The translations under genes were made by a program, and so were the position numbers. Positions 52,801 through 62,259 of a stretch of 64,000 nucleotides of DNA are shown here, in pieces. Within the stretch, counting starts at the first letter, position 1, and each line of letters opens with the position of its first letter. The stretch lies in assembly GCA_965226885.1 (NCBI GenBank), contig CBDDEL010000015.1:448001-512000 (forward strand), given 5' to 3'. The DNA comes from Opitutales bacterium. GTDB lineage: Bacteria > Verrucomicrobiota > Verrucomicrobiia > Opitutales > UBA2987. Below the pieces are notes generated by a model. It was not told where the DNA came from. It searched no databases and saw only the letters and a list, made by a program, of their open reading frames with translations.

Positions 52801-54413
52801 AAATGATTGCCCGGCTGCGCCACAGTGTGCCCGGTGTTACCCTCATCTCGCCGCCCCCCCACCATGATATTTATTCCATCGAAGACCTCGCCCAACTCAT
52901 TTTCGACCTCAAAGAGGTAAATCCCAGAGCAAAAGTGTGCGTCAAGCTGGTGTCCAGTTCCGGTATCGGCACCGTGGCGGTGGGCGTGGCCAAGGCGTAT
53001 GCCGACATCATCCTTGTATCCGGCCACGAAGGCGGCACCGGGGCCAGCCCCATTTCCTCGATCAAAAACGCCGGTTCGGCCTGGGAGATCGGCGTGTCCG
53101 AGGCCCACCAATTGCTGCTCATGAGCGGCCTGCGCGACCGCGTGACCCTGCGCACCGACGGCGGATTCAAAACCGGGCGCGATGTCGTCATCGGGGCCTT
53201 GCTGGGAGCGGAGGAGTTTAATTTCGGCACGGCGGCTCTACTGGCGGTCGGTTGCGCCATGTTCCGCGTTTGCCACCTCAACAGTTGCCCTGTCGGAGTA
53301 GCCACCCAACGGGAAGATTTGCGCGCCAAGTTCCGTGGCAAGCCGGAAAATGTGGTCAACTATTTCAACGCCGTGGCCGAGGAAGTGCGGCAGCTTCTGG
53401 CCGAACTGGGGTATCGGTCTATTGATGAAATTGTGGGGCGGACGGAGCTCCTGGAGCAAATTGACGATACTGATAATTCCAAAAGCCAATGCATAGATCT
53501 TTCGGGGTTGCTTTTCGATCCCGATCCGGGCGGCGAAAATGCTCGTTACAATACTCGCGGCAGCAATGACAGCCCGGGCCATGCGGGCACACTCGACCAT
53601 CTCATTCTGCAAGATGCCCGAGAGGCCCTTCTGGGTAAAACAAAGCGGTTTTCCGGCACCTACAAAGTGAGGAACATCCACCGCAGCATCGGCACTCGTC
53701 TGTCGGGTGAAGTGGCCTATTTAAAGGGCGACGCGGGGCTGGCCCCAGGAACCCTGGACCTCACATTCAAGGGCAGTGCGGGACAGAGTTTCGGCGCTTT
53801 TCTGGTGCCTGGCATACGCCTGAAATTGATCGGGGAAGCCAATGATTACGTGGGCAAGGGAATGCATGGCGGAGAGATCATCGCCTTCCCCGATGAGAAT
53901 GCCAAATACGAATGGCACGAAAATTTCATTGTTGGAAACACCTGCCTCTACGGGGCCACCGGTGGATTGTTTTTTGCCGCCGGACGGACTGGTCAGCGGT
54001 TTGCGGTGCGTAATTCCGGGGCCACCGCGGTAGTTGAAGGCGCCGGCGACCATGGCTGCGAATACATGACTGGCGGCACCGTGTTGGTCCTGGGGCCGAC
54101 GGGACGCAATTTCGGCGCAGGCATGAGTGGCGGCCTGGCCTTTGTCTTCGATTCGGACGAGACCTTTAAATGGCGTTACAATCCCGACATGGTGGGCATC
54201 GAATCCCTCGAAGCGGAGGAGGAAATCGACTCTTTGCATAAACTTTTGGAACTCTACCAGCTATTAACCGGCAGCCAGAGAGCCTGCCAAATTCTGGATA
54301 ACTGGAAGGAATCGGTGCCACGATTTTGCAAAGTAGCCCCTCATCCGGCATCGCCCGATATACCGAAGTCGCTCTTTCGGTTTGGACTGCAACATCAGGC
54401 GGCCGTCATGTAA
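49881..54413 (+). CDS. gltB: Glutamate synthase large subunit
   Basis: DACGVGF, HNGEINT, MEPWDGPA, KSNSGEGGED, AQGAKPGEGGQLPG, CAMFRVCHLNSCPVG, C-terminal GXGXG domain. Confidence 0.97.
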   Translation: MYTQFPSPLYRTEDDHDACGVGFVANVDGKRSYDIIERAVTGLKNLAHRGAIDADAVTGDGAGLLTQIPYPLFGKYLKSLGKPLYKNTDLAVCMVFLAREDEEARNAGKRIIEEAIAAEELTFLAWREVPVDPSCLGRRAEETRPAILQALAARREEIPGEKFERNCYLAMKSAENRAAGEKVKDFYIVSFSGLTLTYKGLLNADQLRRFFPDLRSPLYTSAFAIFHQRFATNTMADWRKAQPYRMVAHNGEINTIGGNRNLMRARESSSSHGIWRERFKDLKPIVQPQMSDSASFDNVLQLITLGGRSCIQSASMMLPHSWEKDVGLQENIRDFYRFHSTIMEPWDGPAAMVFSDGRYVGAALDRSGLRPLRYKVYEDGTMVIASETGVVPDWGSPVVTNGRLGPGRMVAVDLRARRILEDEDRKEYLGNLANYGWWCQESIHNLQKMAGAPVDWSKVSTTPNDLPALQIVFDYDQDEKEIILHPMIESGYEPLGSMGDDTPLAILSRRPRLLYTYFKQLFAQVTNPAIDPIRESIIMSLTMYLGGRYGLFEGITHSRDFLELESPLLFDHEFEKIHHGAFFQNRIFKLESLFDVEKGADGMRAAVRALCEESRRLVRDEEARIIILSDRGVNADRAPIPMLLAVGAVNQSLTRAGLRLNADIVAETGEARDVHQNACLLGYGANAIYPYLALDLVRELCRESSESTPLDPENALKNYRQAVDRGILKIMSKMGISTLFSYNGAQVFEAIGLSRKLVKECFLGTPSPIDGISYREVAAEVLRRHETAFASAEPVAIGSHGYYKVNKRGGGEFHGWNPKVVSGMNRFIRSGNIEKFNQAAETHPPVGLKNLLRLRPKGEPVPLPEIESIEDIRRRFTTAGMSLGALSPEAHECLAIAMNEIGGKSNSGEGGEDPRRFHPLENGDNANSAIKQVASGRFGVTAEYLANAREIEIKIAQGAKPGEGGQLPGHKVSKMIARLRHSVPGVTLISPPPHHDIYSIEDLAQLIFDLKEVNPRAKVCVKLVSSSGIGTVAVGVAKAYADIILVSGHEGGTGASPISSIKNAGSAWEIGVSEAHQLLLMSGLRDRVTLRTDGGFKTGRDVVIGALLGAEEFNFGTAALLAVGCAMFRVCHLNSCPVGVATQREDLRAKFRGKPENVVNYFNAVAEEVRQLLAELGYRSIDEIVGRTELLEQIDDTDNSKSQCIDLSGLLFDPDPGGENARYNTRGSNDSPGHAGTLDHLILQDAREALLGKTKRFSGTYKVRNIHRSIGTRLSGEVAYLKGDAGLAPGTLDLTFKGSAGQSFGAFLVPGIRLKLIGEANDYVGKGMHGGEIIAFPDENAKYEWHENFIVGNTCLYGATGGLFFAAGRTGQRFAVRNSGATAVVEGAGDHGCEYMTGGTVLVLGPTGRNFGAGMSGGLAFVFDSDETFKWRYNPDMVGIESLEAEEEIDSLHKLLELYQLLTGSQRACQILDNWKESVPRFCKVAPHPASPDIPKSLFRFGLQHQAAVM

Positions 54414-54428
54414 ATTAATTCCGGTAAA

Positions 54429-55310
54429 TTAGACAACCAGCATATCGTCCAACTGAGCCTGACCGATGGTTCGCTTGCGGGAGAGAGGCGAATCTTCCTT
54501 CAAACGCGTATTGCGGGCCGGACCGACCTGGTAAAAATGGACCAGCGCAGCCCGGTCTTCTTCCAGTATGCGCCGCAGCCAGGGGTCGTCGACTGCGGTC
54601 AGCATGTGACCCTCTTTTCCGCACAACCGGTTGATGAGGACATCCGATTTCCCGGAAAAATAATCGATTGTTTTACGCGCCAGGCGCCTGTTTTGGAAGG
54701 TTGCCTCCATCTGATAAGGGCGGGGCGGTTTTTGACGGCTCAAATGAATGGGCAGCAAATGCCGGTCCGAAGTGGGGTTCATGCGACGCCAGAACAGCCG
54801 GTAAAGGGCCGACAGTCCTCGCCGGGCGGGGGAGCTTTTGAAAGCCCCGAAGAGATGGGTTTCGGTTCCTTGAGAAGAAAATTCTCCTTCCCTGTTGGTG
54901 TAATCCACTTCCAGGCATCCATGGATTAATTTTATCTGAATAAAAAGATGGGATTCGGGGTGGGTGTTGACCGAATTGAAAGTTGGCCGATGGAGACGCA
55001 GAAGGGCATTCTCTCGAAGTCGGGCCGCGGAGGGGCTGGGGCAAACTTCTATTTCGATGGCGGAGAGCCGGGCAATGAGGCGGATCACTTTGCGGGAAGC
55101 AGTCTCCGGGCGGATGTAACGGTAGGAGGACAAACGCTGGCGCAGATTTTACGATTGGCCCACATAGAGGACGCGCCCGGTCCTGTCCCGCATCAAATAA
55201 ACGCCCGGACTTTGTGGCAGCCGGAGAAAGAAATCCCTGCCCAGGCGCTCGGTGAGGGGGTTTTTCCAGGGAAAGAACCAAAGCTGGGGGCCTGCCACAA
55301 ATTTTTCCAT
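54429..55310 (-). pseudogene. GIY-YIG (UvrC/Cho N-terminal-like) nuclease with an in-frame nonsense codon
   Basis: PGVYLMRD..GRVLYVGQS*NLRQRLSSY; TAA at 55149-55151 with the frame continuing. Confidence 0.8.
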
Positions 55311-55419
55311 AATGTGTGATGCAGGATACCGGACTCGACATTTTATTGAAAGACCAATCCTGTATCTTGTAGCGTGCATCCTGCATTTTGTGCCTGAATA
55401 CCGTTTAACTTAGTTCCCT

Positions 55420-56580
55420 ATGAAAATTGTCTCCATTAAATACGGTTCGGAATCCATTCGCTCGGATATTCGCAACGCCTTCGTCGATTTTTCCGAAATG
55501 ACGGCCGGGGTTGTGGCCATCGAATCGGATGTCGTCCGCCAGGGAAAACCCCTTGTCGGTTACGGATTCACCTCCAACGGGCGCTATGCGGCCACTGGCA
55601 TCGTCAAGGACCGCCTGGTTCCGCGTTTGTTAAAGGCGCCCATGGTGGACCTGCTGGACGAGGAGGGCAACAATTTCGATCCCTTCAAAGCCTGGGATAT
55701 CATGATGCGGAATGAGAAACCGGGAGGGCATGGTGAGCGTTCGGTAGCGGTGGGATCGATCGACATGGCCCTGTGGGACTTAGTGGCGAAGATCGAAGAC
55801 TTACCTCTTTATCAGGTATTGGCCAATCGGTTTCGGGGCGGGCAGGTCAACCGTCGGGTTTATGTTTACGCCGCCGGCGGTTATTATTATCCGGGCAAAG
55901 ATTTGCCGTCGCTGCGGGACGAGATTCGCGGCTACCTCGATTCGGGTTATGAGACGGTGAAAATCAAAATCGGCGGCGTTCCGCTGGACGAAGATCGCAA
56001 ACGGATCGAGGCAGTGGCCGAGATAACGGGCGACGCGGGACGGGTGGCGGTCGATGTAAACGGAAAATTCACCGTTGCGGAAGCCGTCCGCTGGGCCCAG
56101 GCGCTGGCCCCCTACGGATTGAAATGGTACGAAGAGCCGATTGACCCGCTCGACTATGCCGGACATACCGAGATCGCCAAAGTTTACGAAGGCCCACTTG
56201 CAACCGGAGAAAACCTCTTTTCCACCATCGACACCCGGAACCTGATCCGCCACGGTGGGCTGCGCCCGGACCGGGATTACTTGCAAATGGATCCCGCCCT
56301 CAGCTACGGCCTGGTCGAATACACCCGCACCCTGGATATGCTGGCCGATCATGGCTGGTCGCATAAACGCTGTATCCCACATGGCGGCCACCAGTTTGCA
56401 CTCCATATCGCGGCCGGCCTGGGAATCGGGGGCAACGAATCCTACCCCGGAGTGTTTGGAGCCTTCGGGGGATTCGGGGACAATGTGCAGCCAACAGCAG
56501 GTACCATAAAAATGCCCGACGCCCCCGGCATCGGCATCGAAATGAAATCAGACCTCATTGCGATTTTCCGGAGCCTTTGA
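55420..56580 (+). CDS. tarD: D-tartrate dehydratase-like enolase-superfamily enzyme
   Basis: IRNAFVDFS, SNGRY, NEKPGGHGERSVAVG, YAAGGYYYPGK, IPHGGHQ, GGNESYP match the TarD subfamily as I recall it. Confidence 0.8.
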   Translation: MKIVSIKYGSESIRSDIRNAFVDFSEMTAGVVAIESDVVRQGKPLVGYGFTSNGRYAATGIVKDRLVPRLLKAPMVDLLDEEGNNFDPFKAWDIMMRNEKPGGHGERSVAVGSIDMALWDLVAKIEDLPLYQVLANRFRGGQVNRRVYVYAAGGYYYPGKDLPSLRDEIRGYLDSGYETVKIKIGGVPLDEDRKRIEAVAEITGDAGRVAVDVNGKFTVAEAVRWAQALAPYGLKWYEEPIDPLDYAGHTEIAKVYEGPLATGENLFSTIDTRNLIRHGGLRPDRDYLQMDPALSYGLVEYTRTLDMLADHGWSHKRCIPHGGHQFALHIAAGLGIGGNESYPGVFGAFGGFGDNVQPTAGTIKMPDAPGIGIEMKSDLIAIFRSL

Positions 56581-57603
56581 TATTAAGCGGCTCCTGATTT
56601 TGGCCAGCGCCCAGATGGCATGTTCGGCTATGAGGGGATCGGGATCTTGGGCGGCTGTTTTCAGGGCCGGAAGATCATCCGGGCCGCCGATGTTTCCCAG
56701 AACCACGCAGGTATTGCGGAGCCAGCGGACGCGTTTGAGTCTAAAAATCGGAGTTTGCCGGAAGTGGCTGCGGAATTCTTCATCGCCCCAGGCCAGCATT
56801 TCGCGCAGGTCTGGATATTGGCGGGCGGCGAACTTTTCCTCGCGGGTGGCTTGGGCCCAGCGGTTCCAGGGGCAGACGTCGAGGCATTCGTCGCAGCCGA
56901 ACAAGCGGTCTCCGATGGCCTCGCGATATTTTTCCGGTATGGAGCCCTTGTGTTCGATAGTCAGGTAGGCGATGCAGCGGCGGGCATCCAGTTGATAGGG
57001 TGCGGTAATGGCTCCCGTGGGGCAGGCGCTTATGCAGGCCGTACATTCCCCGCAGTGGTCCAAAACCCTTTCATCAGGGGGCATTTCCAGTGTGGTGAAA
57101 ATTTCTCCCAAAAACAGCCAATTGCCCATTTTGGGATGGATGAGCATGGTGTTTTTGGCTTGCCAGCCGAGACCGGCCAAAACAGCCACCGGTTTTTCCA
57201 GAACCGGGCCGGTATCGACATAAGGTTTGTTTCGCCCCCCCTTATGACGCAGCCAATGACAAAGTTTTTTCAACCGCTTCATCATGAAATTGTGGTAATC
57301 CTGGCCCAAGGCGTATTTGGCGATGCGCCCCCGGCGCTGCGGTTCGGGTTGGTAATAATTGAGGCCCAGGCAAATGATGCTGCGCGCTTCGGGCAAAATT
57401 TTTGCGGGATCGAGACGGCGTTCGGTATTTCTTTCCAACCAGGTCATGTCGCCATGCCGCCCCTCGGCGATCCATTTGAGGTAATATTCCCGGCGCATTT
57501 GAGGTTCCACAGGGGCCACTCCGCAAACGGAAAACCCGAGACGAGCGGCTTCTTGCTTGAAAGCTTCTTTCAGTTTGATCTCCGTTGATGTGGATAAACT
57601 CAT
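56548..57603 (-). CDS. queG: Epoxyqueuosine reductase
   Basis: YALGQDYH, VDTGPVLE, CGECTACISACPT, FGCDECLDVCPWN. Confidence 0.95.
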   Translation of the reverse strand: MSLSTSTEIKLKEAFKQEAARLGFSVCGVAPVEPQMRREYYLKWIAEGRHGDMTWLERNTERRLDPAKILPEARSIICLGLNYYQPEPQRRGRIAKYALGQDYHNFMMKRLKKLCHWLRHKGGRNKPYVDTGPVLEKPVAVLAGLGWQAKNTMLIHPKMGNWLFLGEIFTTLEMPPDERVLDHCGECTACISACPTGAITAPYQLDARRCIAYLTIEHKGSIPEKYREAIGDRLFGCDECLDVCPWNRWAQATREEKFAARQYPDLREMLAWGDEEFRSHFRQTPIFRLKRVRWLRNTCVVLGNIGGPDDLPALKTAAQDPDPLIAEHAIWALAKIRSRLISKAPENRNEV

Positions 57604-57712
57604 GACAAGGCAGCATTGTCTGAACGAAGGAAGAAAGGTTCAACACATTACACTGAACCTAATTCCATCTGCCAGTGTCTGTAATAATCGAAACCATTTG
57701 TGAAAGTCGTTC

Positions 57713-57734
57713 GTGAGCTTGCAGTGAGCTTGCA
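57713..57734. repeat. Perfect 11-bp tandem duplication gtgagcttgca
   Basis: Two adjacent identical copies in the queG/nfeD intergenic region. Confidence 0.9.
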
Positions 57735-57769
57735 TTTAGCCAAGGTAGGCGTCATTTTTTAGGAGAAAT

Positions 57770-59344
57770 ATGCTCAAACGTTTTTTAATAGGGATACTGT
57801 TTACCTCACTCCTTCTTTTCGCTTCCGGGGAAATTTCCGAGGAAGAACCGGAACCAGTGGAAACTGCGGAGACCGAAGAAGTTGTCACCGCAGAACCGGT
57901 GGAAGAACCCGAAACCATCGTGGAGGAGGATGAAGATGAGGCAAGGCCCGACCTTGGAGAGCCTGAGCCCAAGCCCAGGCGTTCCGCCAGATCGGTTTCG
58001 GTTTATGTTGTCCCCGTTCATGAGGGAATCGGCAAACCCATCCTCTACATTGTCCGGCGCGCCCTCAAGGAAGCCATCGACAACGACATCGACACGGTAG
58101 TGCTCGACATCAAAACTCCGGGGGGACGGCTGGACGTAACGCTGGAGTTGATGCAGATGCTGGATCGTTTCGAGGGTGACACCATCGCTTACGTAAACGA
58201 CGAGGCGATGTCCGCCGGAGCCTACATCTCGATTGCCACGGATGACATTTATTTTTCGCCCCAGGGAATTATCGGAGCGGCCGCCGTTGTAGCTGGAGGC
58301 GGTCAGGAGATCGACGAGTCAATGAAGCTGAAAATCAACAGCTACCTGAGAGCCAAAGTGCGCAGCTTGACAGGAGAATACCGCTATCGCTCGGATGTTC
58401 TACGGGCCATGATGGATGCCGATTTCGTTTTTGAGGTGGACGGTGAGGTTCTCAAGGAAGAGGACGAACTTCTTTCGTTGACGGCGGACGAGGCCATGAA
58501 GGAATACGGCGATCCGCCCGAACCGCTGTTGGGGGCAGGCATCGCCGAGACGGTGGAAGAGTTGCTCGACCACAAATACGGTCCGGGAAATCATGTCATC
58601 AAGAAGTTTGAAGTCACCTGGTCGGAATTGCTGGCGCAGTATATGGAGACGATTTCCCCGGTGCTTTTGGGCATCGGCTTTTTGCTTCTCATGGTTGAGT
58701 TCAAAACCCCCGGATTCGGGGTTGCCGGGATCAGTGGAATCGTGCTTCTGCTCATTGTTTTCGCCAGCAATTATGTGGCGGGTCTGGCTGGCAACGAGGC
58801 GCTCATTGTTTTCTTTGTGGGCATCGTCTTTATAGGGCTGGAACTCTTTGTTTTGCCCGGAACGATATTTTTTGGACTGATCGGGATAATAATGTTGTTC
58901 GGTTCCCTTATCTGGTCCCTGGCCGACATCTGGCCCGATGACTTCAAGGATACGGGCGAGGGCATTCCCTTCGATCCCGCGGTGCTTTGGGGTCCCGTTT
59001 ACGATATAACCATCGGCTTGGTCATCGCGACGGCAGGTTTTGCTTTATTATGGCGGTATTTGCCCAAAACAAGCATCTGGGACAAGCTGGTCTTGAGCGG
59101 CACTACCGCCGATGTCGATCCGGTTATCGCCAAGGGCGGAGCGATTACTGGCTCCGGCGGCAAACTACCCGAAATTGGAAGCCTGGGAATGGCGATGACC
59201 GATATGCACCCGCTGGGCGAGATCGAAATCGATTGCATCCGTTTCCAGGCCACCTCCCCCCTTGATGTGATCGAAAGGGGCGAAAGCGTCAGGGTAACAG
59301 GCTATAAAAACTTTGCCTTACAGGTGGAAAAAGAGAAAGGTTGA
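57770..59344 (+). CDS. Long NfeD protein (ClpP-like protease domain, TMs, OB fold)
   Basis: IKTPGGRLD, AMSAGAYI, LSLTADEA, EFKTPGFG; acidic N-terminal linker. Confidence 0.9.
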   Translation: MLKRFLIGILFTSLLLFASGEISEEEPEPVETAETEEVVTAEPVEEPETIVEEDEDEARPDLGEPEPKPRRSARSVSVYVVPVHEGIGKPILYIVRRALKEAIDNDIDTVVLDIKTPGGRLDVTLELMQMLDRFEGDTIAYVNDEAMSAGAYISIATDDIYFSPQGIIGAAAVVAGGGQEIDESMKLKINSYLRAKVRSLTGEYRYRSDVLRAMMDADFVFEVDGEVLKEEDELLSLTADEAMKEYGDPPEPLLGAGIAETVEELLDHKYGPGNHVIKKFEVTWSELLAQYMETISPVLLGIGFLLLMVEFKTPGFGVAGISGIVLLLIVFASNYVAGLAGNEALIVFFVGIVFIGLELFVLPGTIFFGLIGIIMLFGSLIWSLADIWPDDFKDTGEGIPFDPAVLWGPVYDITIGLVIATAGFALLWRYLPKTSIWDKLVLSGTTADVDPVIAKGGAITGSGGKLPEIGSLGMAMTDMHPLGEIEIDCIRFQATSPLDVIERGESVRVTGYKNFALQVEKEKG

Positions 59345-59351
59345 GGAAAAG

Positions 59352-59819
59352 ATGCTGCCCATTATAGTACTGTTCGTCCTGGCTCTGTTGCTGTTTTTTC
59401 TGGAAATTTTCGTTCCCGGGGGAATTCTCGCCATATTCGGCGTCATCCTGCTCATTATTGCCTGCGTGCAGGGCTATAACGATTATGGCGGGGCCACGGC
59501 AATGGTCATCTTCTGTCTCTCGGGAACCTTGGCGCTGATCATGTTTTTTGTGGAAATCTGGCTTATCCAGCACAAACGGTTTGGAAAATTCATCCGTTTG
59601 GATAAGACGATCAGCGGATCCAGCCTCGAACCCCAGGCAAAACCGGAAGAGATCGTTGGAAAAAAGGGGGAAGCCTTGACAAAAATGGCCCCCACCGGCA
59701 TGATTTTGATTGATGGGAAGAAATACGAGGCCTTCTCCCAATCCGGCCTGCTGGAAGAGGCGACGCTCGTCGAAGTGGTCCGCGTCGATAACTTTAGATT
59801 GATCGTTAAAAAGACATGA
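59352..59819 (+). CDS. Short NfeD-family protein
   Basis: LEIFVPGG TMs plus [13 protein letters not shown]-fold tail. Confidence 0.88.
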   Translation: MLPIIVLFVLALLLFFLEIFVPGGILAIFGVILLIIACVQGYNDYGGATAMVIFCLSGTLALIMFFVEIWLIQHKRFGKFIRLDKTISGSSLEPQAKPEEIVGKKGEALTKMAPTGMILIDGKKYEAFSQSGLLEEATLVEVVRVDNFRLIVKKT

Positions 59820-60874
59820 ATATGAATAATATCACTCATCTCCCCTTGGCTCTAGCCCCCGTGCAACTTTTATCTCTGGGCATAGCCTTTGCCTTCATAG
59901 TGCTTGGGTTCATCATTTTTTCCTTCATCAGTGTATGGTTGAAGGCCCAATCTTCGGGCGCTCCCGTTTCGTTGTGGAATCTCGTCGTTATGCGCTGGTT
60001 CCGTAAACTCCCCTATAACCTGATTGTGGAGGCTCGCATCGCCGCGGTCAAAGCCGGCATTGATGTGGAAATCGACGAACTGGAAACCCATTACATGGCC
60101 GGAGGGGACATCATGCAGACCACCTTGGGCCTCATCAACGCGAAAAAGGCCGGCATCGATATCGATTGGAACCGGGCCTGCATCATCGACCTGGCCACCA
60201 AGGGGACGGAAAAATCGATCATGGAAGCCGTCCGCACCTCCATCAATCCGAAAGTCATCGACGTGCCGGGGGCCAGCAGCGGCCGCGCCACCATCGACGG
60301 TGTGGCCAAAGACGGCATCCAGGTTAAAGTCCGCTGCCGCGTAACGGTGCGCAGCAACCTTGAGCGCTATGTCGGCAGCGCCCAGGAAGAGACCATCATC
60401 GCTCGTGTGGGCGAGGGCATCGTGACCACCATCGGCTCGGCCGAAACCTACAAATGGGTGCTGGAAAACCCCGACTCCATTTCCAAAAACGTTCTCGCCC
60501 GCGGTCTCGACACCGGCACGGCCTTTGAAATTCTCTCCATCGATATTGCCGACATCGACGTGGGTGGAAACATTGGCGCCCAGTTACAGGAATCCCAGGC
60601 CGAGGCCAACAAAAACATGGCCCAGGCGCAGGCCGAAATCCGCCGCGCCGCCGCCGTAGCTTTAGAACAGGAAAACGTAGCCAAGGTGCAGGAAATGCAG
60701 GCCAAACTGGTGGAGGCCCAGGCCGAGGTGCCCTTGGCCATGGCCGAGGCATTCAGGTCCGGCAACCTCGGGGTGATGGACTATTATAAAATGATGAATA
60801 TCCAGTCCGACACCGAAATGCGCCAATCCATCTCCAAACCCGAAGATGAAGATACAACAGAAGGCGGCTCCTGA
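59816..60874 (+). CDS. floA: Flotillin-like protein FloA (YqfA)
   Basis: [40 protein letters not shown]. Confidence 0.95.
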   Translation: MNMNNITHLPLALAPVQLLSLGIAFAFIVLGFIIFSFISVWLKAQSSGAPVSLWNLVVMRWFRKLPYNLIVEARIAAVKAGIDVEIDELETHYMAGGDIMQTTLGLINAKKAGIDIDWNRACIIDLATKGTEKSIMEAVRTSINPKVIDVPGASSGRATIDGVAKDGIQVKVRCRVTVRSNLERYVGSAQEETIIARVGEGIVTTIGSAETYKWVLENPDSISKNVLARGLDTGTAFEILSIDIADIDVGGNIGAQLQESQAEANKNMAQAQAEIRRAAAVALEQENVAKVQEMQAKLVEAQAEVPLAMAEAFRSGNLGVMDYYKMMNIQSDTEMRQSISKPEDEDTTEGGS

Positions 60875-60977
60875 TCGGCCATTTGATTAAAAGATACTAG
60901 TTACTGGATGCTAGATGCATGATTCCCCCATCACGTTTACAGCGTCCAAAAAGAAAGGTTAAGCTTTGAGAGACGTG

Positions 60978-61670
60978 ATGGAATGGATCATGCCCGTGAT
61001 CTTTGTGGTTGTCTGGGCGCTGTCCAAGATGTTTGGCGGGAAGAGGGAAGAGGAACAGGGTGAACCTGATTCCTCTTCACCTCCAGTCGAGGTGGACCGG
61101 ACTCGGGAAATCCAGGAGGAAATCCGGCGCCGTATAGCTCAGCGAAGGAAGACCCAGCAGCCGGCCCCTGAGTCGGCCCATACCGAGACCCCGGCGCAAC
61201 TGCAACCGCAATCAATGCACCCGCAGCAGCAGGCCGGAACCGGGCAGACAACCCTGCGACCCGCCACCGTTCAAACTCCGACCCAGACCTTGGCTCCAGC
61301 TTCCCCCTTCCAGCAGGCACAGGTCCAACCTGAAGAACCTGAAACGCCTATTCATGCCCATTCCTTGTGGGAGCAATCCCTCCCGGCCCCGGAAGAGTTG
61401 GATGAGCAGCAGCAGCTACAAAGACGGTTGCAACAAATGCGGGAAGCCAAGATCCATGCTGAAAGGGTTAAATGGGTCAAATCCTGGGGTAAATCGAGAA
61501 GATCAATCGCACGGAGGCACGGAAGTCGGGCAAACATTCGGTCCGAAGTAATTGACTCCCTGCGGGATCCCAGTGGCCCGCGCAAAGCCATCATTTACAT
61601 GGAAGTGCTCGGCGCCCCCGTCAGCGTCCGCCAGGATAGCGGCTTCCTCCATTTCTGGGAGCAGCGGTAA
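60978..61670 (+). CDS. Hypothetical membrane-anchored protein (YqfB-like position)
   Basis: N-terminal TM, Q/P-rich linker, C-terminal RKAIIYMEVLGAP; follows floA. Confidence 0.7.
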   Translation: MEWIMPVIFVVVWALSKMFGGKREEEQGEPDSSSPPVEVDRTREIQEEIRRRIAQRRKTQQPAPESAHTETPAQLQPQSMHPQQQAGTGQTTLRPATVQTPTQTLAPASPFQQAQVQPEEPETPIHAHSLWEQSLPAPEELDEQQQLQRRLQQMREAKIHAERVKWVKSWGKSRRSIARRHGSRANIRSEVIDSLRDPSGPRKAIIYMEVLGAPVSVRQDSGFLHFWEQR

Positions 61671-61777
61671 GGGTTTAACGGATTTCCTGACCCCGGCTTT
61701 TAGCCGAGTCCTGTTCCTACCGATCGAACCTGCGTAGCCGGGGAAATGGCGGTAGGATTCCAACTCGCCGTCTGCAT

Positions 61778-62257
61778 TTATAGATCGACCGGGATCCAGC
61801 CCAGGTCGAGGATCGTATGGGTTGGATTTTCTGTCCTGAAGACGGCCTTAATGGGCATTCCAATCTTGGGTGTACCTTCCTTTAAATACGACATGAGTTT
61901 TGTGCAGGTTCCTTCAATCTGAACTGAAATGAGAGGACACGGCGTAGAAAGGCGGAAGTTACTGCCGGGATACAGAACTGTAGAGTGTGTGTAGATGACA
62001 CCAACGGGATTAACCTCCCGCCACTCCATGGGCTGGAAGCAATCGGGGCAATGCATTCGCGGTGGGAGCCAGGCACTCTTCTCTTCGCATTCGGAATTCG
62101 TGCAGACCGTGCCGAGAAGCTTTCCTTCCGTCAGCCCTCGGAAGAACCGGGAGAGGCCGCCGTAGGTGTGAATGTGAAAGTAATCTTTCGGATTCTTAAT
62201 TACAAGCGGCTCGGTGCTGAAACTTTCGCCGCCTTCGCGTAGCAGTTTGACTGACAT
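61778..62257 (-). CDS. DUF35 Zn-ribbon/OB-fold protein
   Basis: FFRGLTEGKLLGTVC...C...PPRMHCPDC; stop of the upstream thiolase-fold gene is 2 bp away. Confidence 0.9.
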   Translation of the reverse strand: MSVKLLREGGESFSTEPLVIKNPKDYFHIHTYGGLSRFFRGLTEGKLLGTVCTNSECEEKSAWLPPRMHCPDCFQPMEWREVNPVGVIYTHSTVLYPGSNFRLSTPCPLISVQIEGTCTKLMSYLKEGTPKIGMPIKAVFRTENPTHTILDLGWIPVDL

Positions 62258-62259
62258 TT

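Noticed and set aside
56548..56580. 33-bp convergent overlap of tarD-like and queG
   Set aside because: Short 3' overlaps are common and both proteins look complete.
59816..59827. atgaat x2 at the floA start
   Set aside because: Short and AT-rich with no sibling for comparison, so it was not counted among the duplications.
57770..61670. nfeD-nfeD-floA-hypothetical operon as a novel system
   Set aside because: Matches the known yqeZ-yqfA-yqfB type membrane microdomain operon.
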